Assembly (NCBI GenBank): GCA_903884815.1
Contig: CAISGE010000002.1
Coordinates: 45,955-109,954 of the forward strand
Source: Candidatus Omnitrophota bacterium
GTDB lineage: Bacteria; Omnitrophota; Omnitrophia; Omnitrophales; Aquincolibacteriaceae
DNA length: 64,000 bases
Direction of reading: 5' to 3'
In this document: piece by piece, positions 48,965 through 60,500 of the stretch
How the letters are laid out: each line of letters starts with the position of its first letter
How positions within the stretch are numbered: position 1 is the first letter of the stretch
Program-made: the position numbers and the translations under genes
The notes under the pieces: model-generated
What the model was told of the DNA's origin: nothing
Databases searched by the model: none
The model's input: the letters and a program-made list of their open reading frames with translations, nothing else

Positions 48965-49651
48965 TTGATGGAGACGGCTCCCAAAGTATCCCGCAAGGCG
49001 CTTCTGCTTGAGAAGCTCCGGGCTTTTGACCTCGAAGAAGCTCCCGCCGCCGGCGGGGGATGGATGGCCGGTGTGGATGAGGCCGGCCGGGGCCCTTTAG
49101 CGGGCCCGGTGGTCGCGGCGGCCGTGATCCTCTTACGGCCGGAACTCCTCACGGGCATTAACGACTCCAAGAAACTCACCGCGGCACTTCGCGAAGAACT
49201 TTACCTGCAAATCGCCCGTTCCTCGCTCGTCGGCATCGGGTTCGCCGACGAGAAGCAGATCGACAAACTCAACATTTATGAAGCCACGCGCCTTGCCATG
49301 AAAAAGGCGGTTTTAGACCTTCCGCACACTCCCGCAAAACTCCTGATCGACGGTCCCATGCGCCTCGATCTCGCGCTCGAGCAAAAGGGAATCATTCACG
49401 GTGACGGAAAATCGGCGAGCATTGCCGCGGCCTCGATCGTCGCGAAAGTCTTTCGGGATCACTGGATGCGCAAGCTCCACGAACTCTATCCCGCCTATGC
49501 GTTCCATAACCACAAAGGCTACGGGACTGCCGAACATATGCAGGCGCTTCTTGAAAAGGGCCCTTCGGCGGTTCATCGCTACAGCTTCGCGCCGGTTCGT
49601 GAGGCAGCGCTGCTTTTTCCTGAAGCAAGAAACGCTGGAGCGGCGGCGTGA
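48965..49651 (+). CDS. rnhB: Ribonuclease HII.
   Basis: It has the catalytic motif GVDEAGRGPLAGPVVAAAVIL and downstream DDSKKLTAALREELY. It is 228 aa. Confidence 0.9.
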   Translation: MMETAPKVSRKALLLEKLRAFDLEEAPAAGGGWMAGVDEAGRGPLAGPVVAAAVILLRPELLTGINDSKKLTAALREELYLQIARSSLVGIGFADEKQIDKLNIYEATRLAMKKAVLDLPHTPAKLLIDGPMRLDLALEQKGIIHGDGKSASIAAASIVAKVFRDHWMRKLHELYPAYAFHNHKGYGTAEHMQALLEKGPSAVHRYSFAPVREAALLFPEARNAGAAA

Positions 49652-50046
49652 AGCTCACGCCGAATCCGGCGCCTTTCCGCTTCTCCCTTGGAGACCGGGG
49701 TGAGATGGCGGCTTGCGGCTTTCTGAAAGAAAAAGGTTACGCGATCCTTGAGAAGAATTACAAATGCAAGATCGGCGAGATCGATGTTATTGCCCGTCGG
49801 AACGGTCGGTTGGCGTTTGTCGAGGTGAAAACTCGAACGGGGACCGGCTTTGGCATGCCGCAGGAGGCGGTCGACCGGAAAAAGCAGGAAAAAATCTTTA
49901 AGCTGGCCGAGTGGTACATAAAAGAGAAAAAACTCGAAACGATTCCGGTCGCCTTTGACGTAGTGGCGGTGCTTTGGAAAGAGGGTGGGGCCCCTGAAAT
50001 GCGTCTGATCACCGATGCTTATGAAAAAGAAGACAAAGCTTATTGA
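49648..50046 (+). CDS. yraN: UPF0102/YraN-family putative endonuclease.
   Basis: It has a restriction-endonuclease-like core (GEIDVIARRNGRLAFVEVKTR). It is 132 aa. Its start overlaps the rnhB stop. Confidence 0.7.
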   Translation: MKLTPNPAPFRFSLGDRGEMAACGFLKEKGYAILEKNYKCKIGEIDVIARRNGRLAFVEVKTRTGTGFGMPQEAVDRKKQEKIFKLAEWYIKEKKLETIPVAFDVVAVLWKEGGAPEMRLITDAYEKEDKAY

Positions 50047-50125
50047 TTCTCGCGTCCAAACGGTGCAAAATATCGCGCGTTCATTCCTTCAGAAAACAGA
50101 ATAAAAGCCGAAAACATTTTGAGCG

Positions 50126-51454
50126 ATGACCCCAAAACTGAATAAATCTATTTGTTTTTTCTGTCTCGGACTTCTTGCCTTTTCTCTTTTCGCATATGCC
50201 GAAGAGAAGAAGGATGATCTTTATGCCCCGACGTACACCCAACCCCTGGCTCCGGAGCCGCTCAAGGGCGCCCTTTCCCGCATTATTGAATTTCCCCTCA
50301 AGTTGGCCAAGTGGCCCATGGACCAGGGGATTCTCTTTAATGACCGGCATCGGGTTGACAAAAAGGCGATCTGGCTTTACGAAGAATCGTTGCGACAAGG
50401 CGTTAAACCTCTCGTTGGATTTTCGGATCTTTCTGCGTTGCCCTACTACGGCGCTGAGTTTAACCTTCTGACGCTTGCCCGCCAGAAAGAACGATACCCG
50501 GATTTTTTTGCCACCACCACGATCCTTCACTGCCCTGCGGTTTTCTTCATGGTTGGGTCGGAGATCGGAGCTCAGCAGATCGGCGGGACCGGGTTTCACG
50601 CCAAAGGTCTTTTTAATTATTCCCGCGATGAAAAAGAGCCTTTTTACGGTATCGGGCCCGACACGAGCCATGGGGACAAATCGTCTTACCGGATGGAAAC
50701 CACCCGGGTAGGCGTTGAGGCTGGCTACGAATTTTCCCCCTCGTTGGATATCACCACCGGATTTGATTACAAGAACGTCAATATCCGCAGCGTGGTTCAT
50801 GACAACACGGCCAGCATTTCCGGCCTCTTTTCCGGCCAAAACATTCCGGGTCTGAGTGGCGACAATCTTCTGGATTATTCCGTGGCTCTCGGACGTGATA
50901 CCCGAGACAGCAAAGACGATGCAACCCAGGGGAGTTACCAGAAACTTCGTTTTGAATTTACCGACGGCGTTAACGGCTCAACGGCTAAGTATTTCAAGTA
51001 CCAGTTGGATATGGCCAAATATTTCCGGCTCTGGTCTCCGCGCCGCGTTTTAGTGGCGCGTCTCTTTGGCGAGCACAATGACGAAGTCGGGGGCGGAAAC
51101 ATTCCTTTTTACAACCTCGCCAAACTGGGAGGCGCGGGGGCTACCAACGCGCGGCAAAGCGAGACCCTGCGCGGCTATGTGTATAACCGCTTTTACGGGG
51201 AAAGTTCCCTGCTGCTTAACTTGGAATACCGGTACACGGTGATGGAATATAAGGAGTTTAAGGTGAAAACCGCTTTGTTTAACGACTTGGGGCAGGTCTT
51301 CGGCGAGATCCATGAGTTTCAGATCAAGGATTTCAGGGAAACCTACGGGGTCGGTTTATATCTTAGCTATTCAAAGAATACGGTCGTGAATTTTTCGGTC
51401 GCCCACAGCAATGACGGTACGCAATTTTATGTCAAAAACAAACTCGCGTTCTAG
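50126..51454 (+). CDS. Outer-membrane beta-barrel protein, Omp85/D15 surface-antigen-like and without POTRA domains.
   Basis: It has a signal peptide (CFFCLGLLAFSLFAYA), an alternating amphipathic beta-strand pattern and ends in an aromatic residue (KNKLAF). The 442 aa length is too short for BamA. Confidence 0.4.
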   Translation: MTPKLNKSICFFCLGLLAFSLFAYAEEKKDDLYAPTYTQPLAPEPLKGALSRIIEFPLKLAKWPMDQGILFNDRHRVDKKAIWLYEESLRQGVKPLVGFSDLSALPYYGAEFNLLTLARQKERYPDFFATTTILHCPAVFFMVGSEIGAQQIGGTGFHAKGLFNYSRDEKEPFYGIGPDTSHGDKSSYRMETTRVGVEAGYEFSPSLDITTGFDYKNVNIRSVVHDNTASISGLFSGQNIPGLSGDNLLDYSVALGRDTRDSKDDATQGSYQKLRFEFTDGVNGSTAKYFKYQLDMAKYFRLWSPRRVLVARLFGEHNDEVGGGNIPFYNLAKLGGAGATNARQSETLRGYVYNRFYGESSLLLNLEYRYTVMEYKEFKVKTALFNDLGQVFGEIHEFQIKDFRETYGVGLYLSYSKNTVVNFSVAHSNDGTQFYVKNKLAF

Positions 51455-51498
51455 GGTGGTATGGATGAATAAAAAACTTAGAGCACCTCATAAAACTT

Positions 51499-51524
51499 GT
51501 AGGGCAGGTTTAAACCTGCCCTAC
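51499..51524 (+). terminator. Perfect 13 bp stem hairpin downstream of the Omp85-like gene.
   Basis: gtagggcaggttt/aaacctgccctac forms the stem, followed by a C/T-rich tract (cccctcctc). Confidence 0.45.
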
Positions 51525-51563
51525 CCCCTCCTCAAAGGACAGATTTTGGTAGAGGTTCGCCGA

Positions 51564-53159
51564 ATGGCAACCGTTGGAATGTTCGGTCTCTTGATCGCGG
51601 GTTTTAGCGGCACGGTCTGGGCAGCAGAGACGGTCCAGTACAAGACACAGGAAGCCACTCACAACAGCGATTTTTTTGATTCGAATGTCTATAACGAAGG
51701 CGTGAATCAACTCGATTTGGGGCGCTGGGGAAGAAGGATTTCCGGTGCGGCGCTTCCCTCGAAAAATGTAAATATCTTTGATGAGGTGCCGGATTCCGGG
51801 TTTTTCACCAATCGCCAGGGCCGCACGCGCCTTTCCGCCGAGGCTCTTGGAACGGGTTTCCAGGAAACGTCCGGACCCGACCTGAGCAGCCCTCTACAGA
51901 TCATGGCGGCGGAACAGCGGGGGATCTATCCCAGGTTTTGGGCGAAGGACGCGCGAGGAGATGAGTATCTTCTGGAATTCGACCCCCAAGGGAAATTCGA
52001 GCTGGTGACGGGCGCGGAAGTGGTGGCTGCGCGGTTTTATCACGCCCTCGGTTATTTTGTGCCGCAATACACGATCGCGATGATTCCTGCCGATCGGTTT
52101 CAGGCGACTCCTGATGCCACCACCTGGGAAGAAACGGGATTCAAGAAGAAGTTGACGCAGACGCGTCTCGAGGAGTATTTGGCGGTGCTGCCGCAGAACG
52201 AAGCGGGCCTTTACCGGGCCTCCGCGTGCAAGATCCTGAGGGGGGGGTACCACGGCAGCTTTAGTTTTGAGTCCCGCCGAAAAGAGGATCCCACGGATCT
52301 CGTGAATCATCGCGACCACCGTGAGATCCGGACGCTTGGCATTTTTGCAGCGTGGCTCAACCACTACGATCTCAGGGAAAGCGATACTCTGGATATCTCC
52401 GTCGAGGAGAACGGGCAGACCGTGCTCACCCATTATCTGGGCGATTTTAACGGAGCCTTAGGGGCCACGCAGGAAGGCCCGAAAGCGCCGATGCTCGGTT
52501 ACGAGCACGCGATTGATTATGGCGAGACCTTTAAATCAGTTCTGGCTCTCGGGTTCCGCGAGAAGCCCTGGCAGAAAAAGTGGAAACAAGCGGGCGAGCA
52601 GAGCCTCGCGGCTCCGGCCGTGGGTTACTTCACGAATGATCTTTTTGATCCCGCGCGTTATAAAGCCGAGTTTCCCTATGAAGCCTTCCGTCTTGTCACG
52701 CGTGCCGACGGATTCTGGGCCGCAAAACTTCTTTTGAGCTTTTCGGATGAAGACATCAAGACGATGGTGGGCGCCGGAAAATATACCGATCCGGCGGACG
52801 CCGCGACCCTGGCAAAAACGCTGACCGAACGTCGTGACATTATCACCCGCTACTGGCTTTCCCGCGCCAATCCTCTGGACGGATTTTCGTTCTCCGGCGG
52901 GAAACTATCTTTCAAAGACCTTGCGCCCCAGGGCGGTACGGTTTATTCCGTGGAAGTCCTGAAAGAAAATGGAAAAGAAAAGATCACACAGTTTGAAACT
53001 AAGGAATCTGTTTTTGATGTTCCCGCGGGAGAGCTCCCCGCAAACGGCGAGGTCCGGATCCTGATCCGGGTTCTTCGCCCCTCCTCCAAGGCCGCCAGTC
53101 CCGCTGTCACCGTTCGCTTGAACACCGCGGGCATTCAGGGCATTCGCCGCGAAGACTAA
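51564..53159 (+). CDS. Secreted protein of unknown function (about 531 aa).
   Basis: The signal peptide MATVGMFGLLIAGFSGTVWA|AE starts at an internal ATG of track ORF 51411-53159. I recognise no catalytic motifs. Confidence 0.4.
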   Translation: MATVGMFGLLIAGFSGTVWAAETVQYKTQEATHNSDFFDSNVYNEGVNQLDLGRWGRRISGAALPSKNVNIFDEVPDSGFFTNRQGRTRLSAEALGTGFQETSGPDLSSPLQIMAAEQRGIYPRFWAKDARGDEYLLEFDPQGKFELVTGAEVVAARFYHALGYFVPQYTIAMIPADRFQATPDATTWEETGFKKKLTQTRLEEYLAVLPQNEAGLYRASACKILRGGYHGSFSFESRRKEDPTDLVNHRDHREIRTLGIFAAWLNHYDLRESDTLDISVEENGQTVLTHYLGDFNGALGATQEGPKAPMLGYEHAIDYGETFKSVLALGFREKPWQKKWKQAGEQSLAAPAVGYFTNDLFDPARYKAEFPYEAFRLVTRADGFWAAKLLLSFSDEDIKTMVGAGKYTDPADAATLAKTLTERRDIITRYWLSRANPLDGFSFSGGKLSFKDLAPQGGTVYSVEVLKENGKEKITQFETKESVFDVPAGELPANGEVRILIRVLRPSSKAASPAVTVRLNTAGIQGIRRED

Positions 53160-53321
53160 ACGCTCTGCTGAAAAACAGTATGTAGTATGTTGGTAAAAAA
53201 TAAGCCGGCAAGATTGTGTGACATACGGCCGACGATATATAGAGATGCTGTGTCCCCCGCTTTTCTCCGGACGTTCTCGTTGCCTTCGCAAAAAAATGTA
53301 GCCGCCACGATTGCACAAGTG

Positions 53322-53343
53322 CTATCATTTGCGCAATAATGAT
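53322..53343. promoter_or_regulatory. Inverted repeat TATCATT-N8-AATGATA upstream of the HTH-receiver gene. It is a candidate operator.
   Basis: tatcatttgcgcaataatgata has perfect 7 bp arms with an 8 bp spacer. It lies 49 nt upstream of the ATG at 53392 and overlaps TTGCAC/TTGCGC -35-like hexamers. Confidence 0.35.
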
Positions 53344-53391
53344 AAATATGCACTACTAATTAATGCGAAATGTGCAAGAGGGGGGCTGGCC

Positions 53392-53946
53392 ATGGAGGAA
53401 AAACTTCTAAAGGTTTCGGACGTGATGAAGCGTCTGAATGTTTCCCGCCGAACGATCTATTATTGGATCGATGAGGGGATCATCAAGACCATTCGCATCG
53501 GAGGCATGTACCGCTTTCACCCGGAAGATATCGCCCAGCTGATCGAGTCGGGCCGCAGCGCCCCCGCGGTCAAACAAAAAAAGATTCTCGCGGTCGACGA
53601 CGACATCCTCGTTCGGGAGTCCATCAAATTGTTGCTTGGCCGTGAAGGTTATTCGGTGACCGCCGTACCTGACGGAAAATCTGCTGTGATCTTGTCCACC
53701 CAGCAGGATTTCGATTTGACGCTTGCGGACATGAGAATGCCCGACATGAATGGCCTGGAAACTCTCAAGGCGATCCGCAAGGCCCGGAAAGACGAGGGCA
53801 AGGAACTCAAGCCCGAGATCATTATGACAGCCTATGAAGACGGCAAGGCAAAGAAGGAAGCCAAAGCGATCGGCGTGAAGGAATTTGTGATGAAGCCTTT
53901 CGAGCTGGACCACTTTCTGGACCTCGTGAAACAGAATATCGGCTGA
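53392..53946 (+). CDS. Response regulator with an inverted architecture: an N-terminal excisionase/MerR-type HTH fused to a C-terminal CheY-like receiver.
   Basis: The HTH region is LLKVSDVMKRLNVSRRTIYYWIDEGIIKTIRIGGMYRFHPEDIAQL (the HTH_17/excisionase pattern). The receiver has KKILAVDDD and the phospho-acceptor context DLTLADMRMPDMNG. It is 184 aa from the ATG at 53392. Confidence 0.7.
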   Translation: MEEKLLKVSDVMKRLNVSRRTIYYWIDEGIIKTIRIGGMYRFHPEDIAQLIESGRSAPAVKQKKILAVDDDILVRESIKLLLGREGYSVTAVPDGKSAVILSTQQDFDLTLADMRMPDMNGLETLKAIRKARKDEGKELKPEIIMTAYEDGKAKKEAKAIGVKEFVMKPFELDHFLDLVKQNIG

Positions 53947-54552
53947 ATTCTGTACTGAATTAAAACCTCGAAGTCATACCCTCCCCGTTCAATGCGTTTG
54001 TAGCTCCCTCCAGCCCAAGGGCATTCCAACTCGTTTCCCGTGGCGAAGAATGGCAGTTGACTTTTATTGCGCAGAATAATACAATTTGCACAATAGTATC
54101 AATATCAACGCTATAAGGTAATACAGAATGAGCAAAAAGAATAAGTACATTCCCGGACCTGAAAGTGAAAAAATCTCCCACCTCCAATCAACCATTTTCA
54201 GAGCAAAGAATCCGCGGATTGCCGCTCATGGTCTATGGTACTTAGCTTATGGGTCTGTAAGACTTTCTTATATCTTAATAGTCTCTATGGGACATTAATT
54301 TATGTTTTCATATATTAATACAAGCCAATTACTTTTCATAGCTCTCTAGAAATCATAAATGCCATAAATTCTATAACATACTATTTCATATTATATAAAC
54401 GCTATGTATTGCTATGCGCTTAATGTTAGGCATTGCTATATCAAACTAGATTGTCAGCCATTGCGCATGTCTTGCGCGTCAATGAGGGTTTAACCAGGAA
54501 GAGCAGAATTTATCCCTGAAATGAAATTCTAAGATCATCGGGAGACAGAAGC
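53947..54552 (+). promoter_or_regulatory. A 600 bp AT-rich leader upstream of the giant adhesin gene. It contains a strong sigma70-like promoter (TTGACT-N17-TACAAT, 54057-54085) and a possible 56 aa small ORF (54128-54298).
   Basis: GC falls to about 30% over 54230-54480, against about 58% in the flanking genes. The hexamers are TTGACT at 54057-54062 and TACAAT at 54080-54085. Repeated attgctat motifs are present. The small ORF reads MSKKNKYIPGPESEKISHLQSTIFRAKNPRIAAHGLWYLAYGSVRLSYILIVSMGH* and has a weak RBS. Confidence 0.4.
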
Positions 54553-57500
54553 ATGAAAAACACAATCGTAAATCGCGGGACTGCAGCGGCGCTTTGTTTT
54601 CTGATGTGTTTTATTTCGATACCGGTGATGCCGGCGCATGCGATGGTTACACAAAAACCTTTGGTTTTTGGTACCTCCTCGAAAGGATCCCAGCAGTCTG
54701 GGGTGCCCGCGGATAAGGTCGATACGACGGCGAAACAAGAGGTGCCGGTCGAGCCGAATGCCGGCTTCATGAACCCTTCGGCAATAAGAGCCGCGACAGT
54801 AAACACGCCGTCGACAACGATGACACCTTCTATCGACACTCAGAAGCCTTCGGTGCCGACGGGACTTGCGGTCTCGAATGTGACGGCGACGGGCGTGAAG
54901 CTTAGCTGGAATGCCGTGACGGATAATGCCGGAGGTTCCGGTGTGACGGGTTACGATATCTACAAGGATTCGGCCCTTTTCGCGACGGTGGCCGGGAATG
55001 TTACGACCTACACGGTGACGGGGCTTACGGAGGGTACTGCTTATACCTTCACGATCAAGGCCAAGGACGCGGCGAATAATGTCTCGGATGCAAGCGATCC
55101 GCTTTCAGTCACGCCGTCGTCGGTCAATCAGCCGCCGGTGGCGACAGCGCCCACCGTGAATCCTTTTAATGAGGATACGCCGCAAGCCATCACGCTCGGC
55201 GGCACGGACCCGGATCATAATCCGCTCACGTATGTCATCGTCACCAGACCGGCGCACGGGTCGCTGGTGCATGATCCCGCATTCCCGAACGATCCCTCCA
55301 AGTTCCTTTACACGCCCGTTGCGGACTACAACGGGACTGATTCGTTCACGTATAAAGTGAACGACGGCACCGCCACATATACGGCGACCGACACAACCGC
55401 AACCTCCGCCGCCGCGACGGTTTCACTGACCATCAACGCGGTTAACGACGCGCCGGTGGCGACGACGACGCGGGTGGTGAATATCCTCCAAAATACGGCC
55501 CGCACCGTCACTCTCGGGGCATTGAACGTCGATAAGGACACGCTTTCCTACACGATCCTGACGCGGCCGGCGAAGGGGACATTGTCGTGCACGGGAGCGG
55601 CGTGCACTTATACGCCAGCGGCGAATGACTTTGGGACGTATTCTTTCTCGTACAAGGTAAGTGACGGGACGCTGGATTCACAGCCAGCGATCGTGACCTT
55701 TGAGGTCGTCAAGCCCGCCGCGGCGCCGGTCATGATGGCGGCCCAAACGGGGACGACGGGGGAAAGCCTTTCGTTCACGGTCCCGAATGCCGCGGCATAC
55801 ACGTTTGACGCGTTTGACGGGGAATCGCTTCCGGCGGGCGCGCATTACGACGCCGCAAACGGTCAATTCACCTGGACGCCGACCTACAACCAGGCGGGAG
55901 TTCACGTGTTGCAGTTCGTCAAGGACCAGCAGACTTATCAGACGCTCCTGGCCGTCAGCTACGTTCCTCCGATCGGGATCTCCAATCCGGAGTTTGGGAT
56001 CATGGAGACTTACCGGATGTATGATGACATCGCGAAGCGGAATACGGCACTCACCTACTATCGGAACGACGAAGGCGGCTTTTACACGCATTATATCGAC
56101 AACGGAGCCGGGTGCTCCGACTCCGGCAACTCCGCCGGGACCGCGGCCAGTCCGCGGTGCACCATCCCGTCCGAACTTCCCGCCGGCGCTGTCATCGAGC
56201 TTCATGGCGGACCGTATACGAATATCACAAGTTGGCAAAACGCCGTAAACGGAGCGGGAACGCAAGATAAACCCATCTTTATTCGAGGGAATGGCGTGAG
56301 AATTGATGCGAGACTGAGTATCTACACGAGGCCCACGGAGGAGAACAGTTATGTGATCGCGGAAGGACTCAATGCGTATGCTGTCAACATAGGCGCACCG
56401 AGCAACCATGTCGTACTGAGAAACTCAGATGTTCACGGGGATGCGAGCGGCGGCGGTGTTTCTTTGCAAAGGCCGACGGAAAGCACCAAGGCCAATCCCA
56501 ACAATGCTATATCCAATGTCACCCTCTACAACAACACGATCCACGATAACGGAATCTGGCAACCGGAACTTGCCGAGGGAGATCGGGATATTCACGGACT
56601 GGTCATCGGTTGGTTTAGTCTCGTAGACCATGTCTGGGTGCTGGATAACGATATCTATCACAACGAAGGCGATTCGATTCAGGTCAATGCGGGGCCGCAC
56701 GTGACGCCGTCCAACGTCAACAACATCTACATCGGACGCAACGAAATGCATGACGATAAACAGAGCGCTTTGGGTGTCAAGAGCGCGAAGGATGTTATTA
56801 TTTCTGAAAATGACATGTATGGAATCCGTGTAAGCAGTTCGGCGTCGGGCGATTGTACGGGTAATTCGGATGACGGACCGGAATCTGTCTGGTGGCTTTA
56901 CAACAAAATTCATGATGGAGCCTTAGGCTTCAAGTTCTCCGGCAGCGCTGTCGGAACCTACGGAATGATCGGGAACCTGATCTACGATATCCATGGCGCC
57001 GGGGGACCGCTCTCGGGCGATTATTCTCAATCCGGCCAAGCGATGACGGATTGGCATGGCAATATCATCAAGTACATCGTGAACAATACCATCTATGATA
57101 CGGATTACGGTTATTCGGTGTGGCAGGGCGGACGTCCCAACAATGAGTCGTTTACCCTTGTCAATAATATCGGCGTCACGACACTGACCGGTTATGCAGC
57201 CTCCAGCATACTTCATTCCGATGCCATCAACCTCTCGGACAATATCACGGGAAGCAGCGCCCTTTTCGCCAATGTTCCCGCGTTCTCGACGCGTCTCGAT
57301 GATTTTCAATTTACGGCCACGGCCGGTCAAATGCGTTCGGCGGAGGGCGGCACGAAGACCATGCTGACGGTCCCAGGCGCGGATTTTACCGCGTTGGGCG
57401 TCAAAGCGGGAGACCGTCTCGACCTGGGGGCGGCGAGGACAGATCAAAACGGGAAAAAGATTATGAATCCCGCCGTCTCTGTTTATTCATCCACGTGGAT

Positions 57501-60500
57501 GTACATCGAAAGCGTGAACGGAGATACGATCACCTTAAAAGATAATGTCTGGCTTTGGGATTCGAACGCGGTGAAGTTCTCGATCTATTATTATCCCTAT
57601 CCGAAGGTGAACACGAACGAACTGTATCTCGACGATGTTTCGAAGTTCAGCGTGGGAGACGTTATCGAATACAACCATGACGGCGTTGCCAGGAGAGTGG
57701 TCAGCGTCGATACCAATGTCATTTCGGATTCCATCGGACCCAAAGGCCGGATCGTGTTGGACAGTCCTGTGCCTAAGCTCATCTCGCAGGCTTCGATCAC
57801 CAACTGGGGGCCGAAGACTGACAACAATCTTGTGTGGGACCTGAGTCTGAAGGCCGGCTCCGCGGCCATCGGAAAAGCCGAGTCCCTTCAGACGATCACG
57901 GCCATGGATCACTCGGGGAATCCGGTCCTGGATGGGGCAGGCAAGCCCGTCTCGCTTGCCGCCTATTTTAATACATTATACGGGATACAGCTCCCGGCGA
58001 ACCCGGACCTCGGGGGGTCTGACTACACGGACGCGGGCGTGCCGGCTGTTTCTTATTATGTCGGGAATGATTACACAGCCGACTCGACCCATTTCACAAC
58101 CGTACAGGCTGCTCAGAGCCGGATCGCGGCGGATATCGCGGCGCATGCGGGTGATCCTTCCTGGATACAGCCTGCCTACACGGTGCTGATCAAAGCGGGC
58201 GTGTATCAAAACGTGGCGGGAAACTGCTCAGGCGCCACTTGTAATCTTGTCAATGTGACAGTTTCAGGGACCGCGAGCGCGCCGATCACTTTTAAACCCT
58301 TGGGAGACGGGCCCGTTGTTTTCCGCGGATTTGGATTTGAAGATCGTGATCTGAACGGTGACGGAATGGCGGATGGCCCGGCCGATCCTAACAAACGCGA
58401 AACGCTCATGCGGATCAGCGGCAATTACATCCATGTCGAAGGTCTTGAGTTCACGAACTCCCAGCAGGGGGGACTCGTCATCGAGGGGAGCTTCAACCGA
58501 ATCGAGAACGTCAGCTCCCATGATAATTGGACCATCGGGATCAGCATCGGAGATGCCGGCAACCGCCGCGTTGAGGGGAATGTCGTCACCGGCTGTGAAG
58601 CCTACAACAACCGTCATTACGTGGGCATTGCGATCAACTTCGCGCAGCAGACGAATTGGAATCCGGACTGGCTTGTGACGAAAAACATCATTGAGAACTC
58701 ACTTTCTTACAGGAACGGTTACCTGCCCGACGGAACCAAAGTGCTGCCTATCGGCGGTGATCCGCAAGGGGGAGGGAATTCGGACGGGATCATGGCCACC
58801 AAGTTCTGCGCTTCAGGGAAGACTCAGAACGCGTGCCCGGATAATATTTTCCGCGGGAATATCGTCTGGTCGAACGCCGATGACGGTATTGACGTGAGCT
58901 TCTCCGACTCGCTGATCGAGAACAACATCTCTTTTGATAATGGGCCGTCGGGCAGCATGGGATTTAAAGTGTTCTTCGAAAATGTAAAGAACAGCTTTGT
59001 CGGGAACATCGCCTACGCGAACGATGGAAATGGTTTTGACTTGCGCAGCACGACAACCGGCATCTTTCTCAATAATCTGGCTTTGAATAACGGCGCGTGG
59101 GGATTTTCGGGGGGTAACTTCGAAACCAATCACAATAACATGGCGTACGGGAGCGTTCTTAACGCGGACATGTCGATCCCGGCCGCCTGCGCGAATTCGA
59201 CTTGCTCGAATAACTGGAACGGCAAGGGCAGCGGGCCCTTGAGCGGCGACCCCAAGTTGGCGAACACGACGCTCTTCAAAGGCTCGAACGGACAGATCGT
59301 GTTCAGTCTGCCGGCGGGAACGATAGACCAAAAAGTGGCCTGGCTCAAGGGTCAGTTTGCGACCGCTTTCAGTTTGCAATCTGGAAGTGGGGCGATCAAC
59401 GCCGGGGTCGCGGCCTCCTATACGGACCCGATCACGGGGGAGACGCTCTCCAGAACGGTACTAGGAAGCGCGCCTGAAATAGGGGCTTATGAATACACGG
59501 ACGGTACGACGCCTCCGCCCGACCAGACGGTTCCCGTGATCAGCGCCGTTCTTTCAAGCAGTGTGACGGTGAACGGGGCGGTGATCAGCTGGACGACCAA
59601 TGAGGCTAGTGATTCCCAGTTGCAGTATCGCGTGCAAGGGACCACGACCTGGTCGAACACGACCCTCAACACGTCACTTGTGACGAGCCACTCCGTGACG
59701 CTCAGTGGGCTGAACGCACGCACGGTGTATGAATATCAGGTGAAGTCCAAGGACCAAGCCGGGAATCTTGCCACTCAGGCAACGATTTCCAATTTCACGA
59801 CGCTGACTCCGCCGCCAACCGGCGCGATCCCGTTGAGTGGCGGACGGACCGCGGATTATGTGTCGGCCGCGGATTCCTCCATTCTGAACAAACTTACGGT
59901 CTATGATGCACAAGGCGTCGTGCAGGCGGTGAGTTATATCCCGAGAGCTTATGTGGATCTGGACCACGATGAGGTTACAGTGGTAAGCGGTCAGGTGAGG
60001 ATCACGCGGCACTACAAGAACCGGACGACGGTGGATGTGTTCGATCAATTCGGGGTTCTTTTGACGCTCGATTCCCAGGGGAATATCCAGAGCGGCAAGA
60101 TCGTGAACTCTGTTTCCGCGACGATCTCCGGGGTTCAGCAGACGCGTTACTCAACGGTCGCGACGGTGAATTATCAGAATCAGCTTCCCGTCTCGGTTGT
60201 GAAAGCCGCAACGGACAGCGTCACGGTCGCCTATGCCCCCGGGACTTCGAACGTGACAGGTTACACTTATAAGAACGCTGCCGGAGCGATCCTGGCGGAG
60301 GCCGTGCCCGTGGCCGGCGGTCTCTTCCGGGTGAATGCTCCGGCGCTTGGCATTGTTCTGGAGCAGGTGAAGATCCAAAGTGCTGCGGACGCGTACCGGT
60401 TGATGGCGAAACTGGCGAGCACCATGAAGCGCCTGGCGGATTACAAAACGGAGCTTGTGCAGGCCTACGGGTTTCTTTACGGAACCGCGACCGCAACTGA

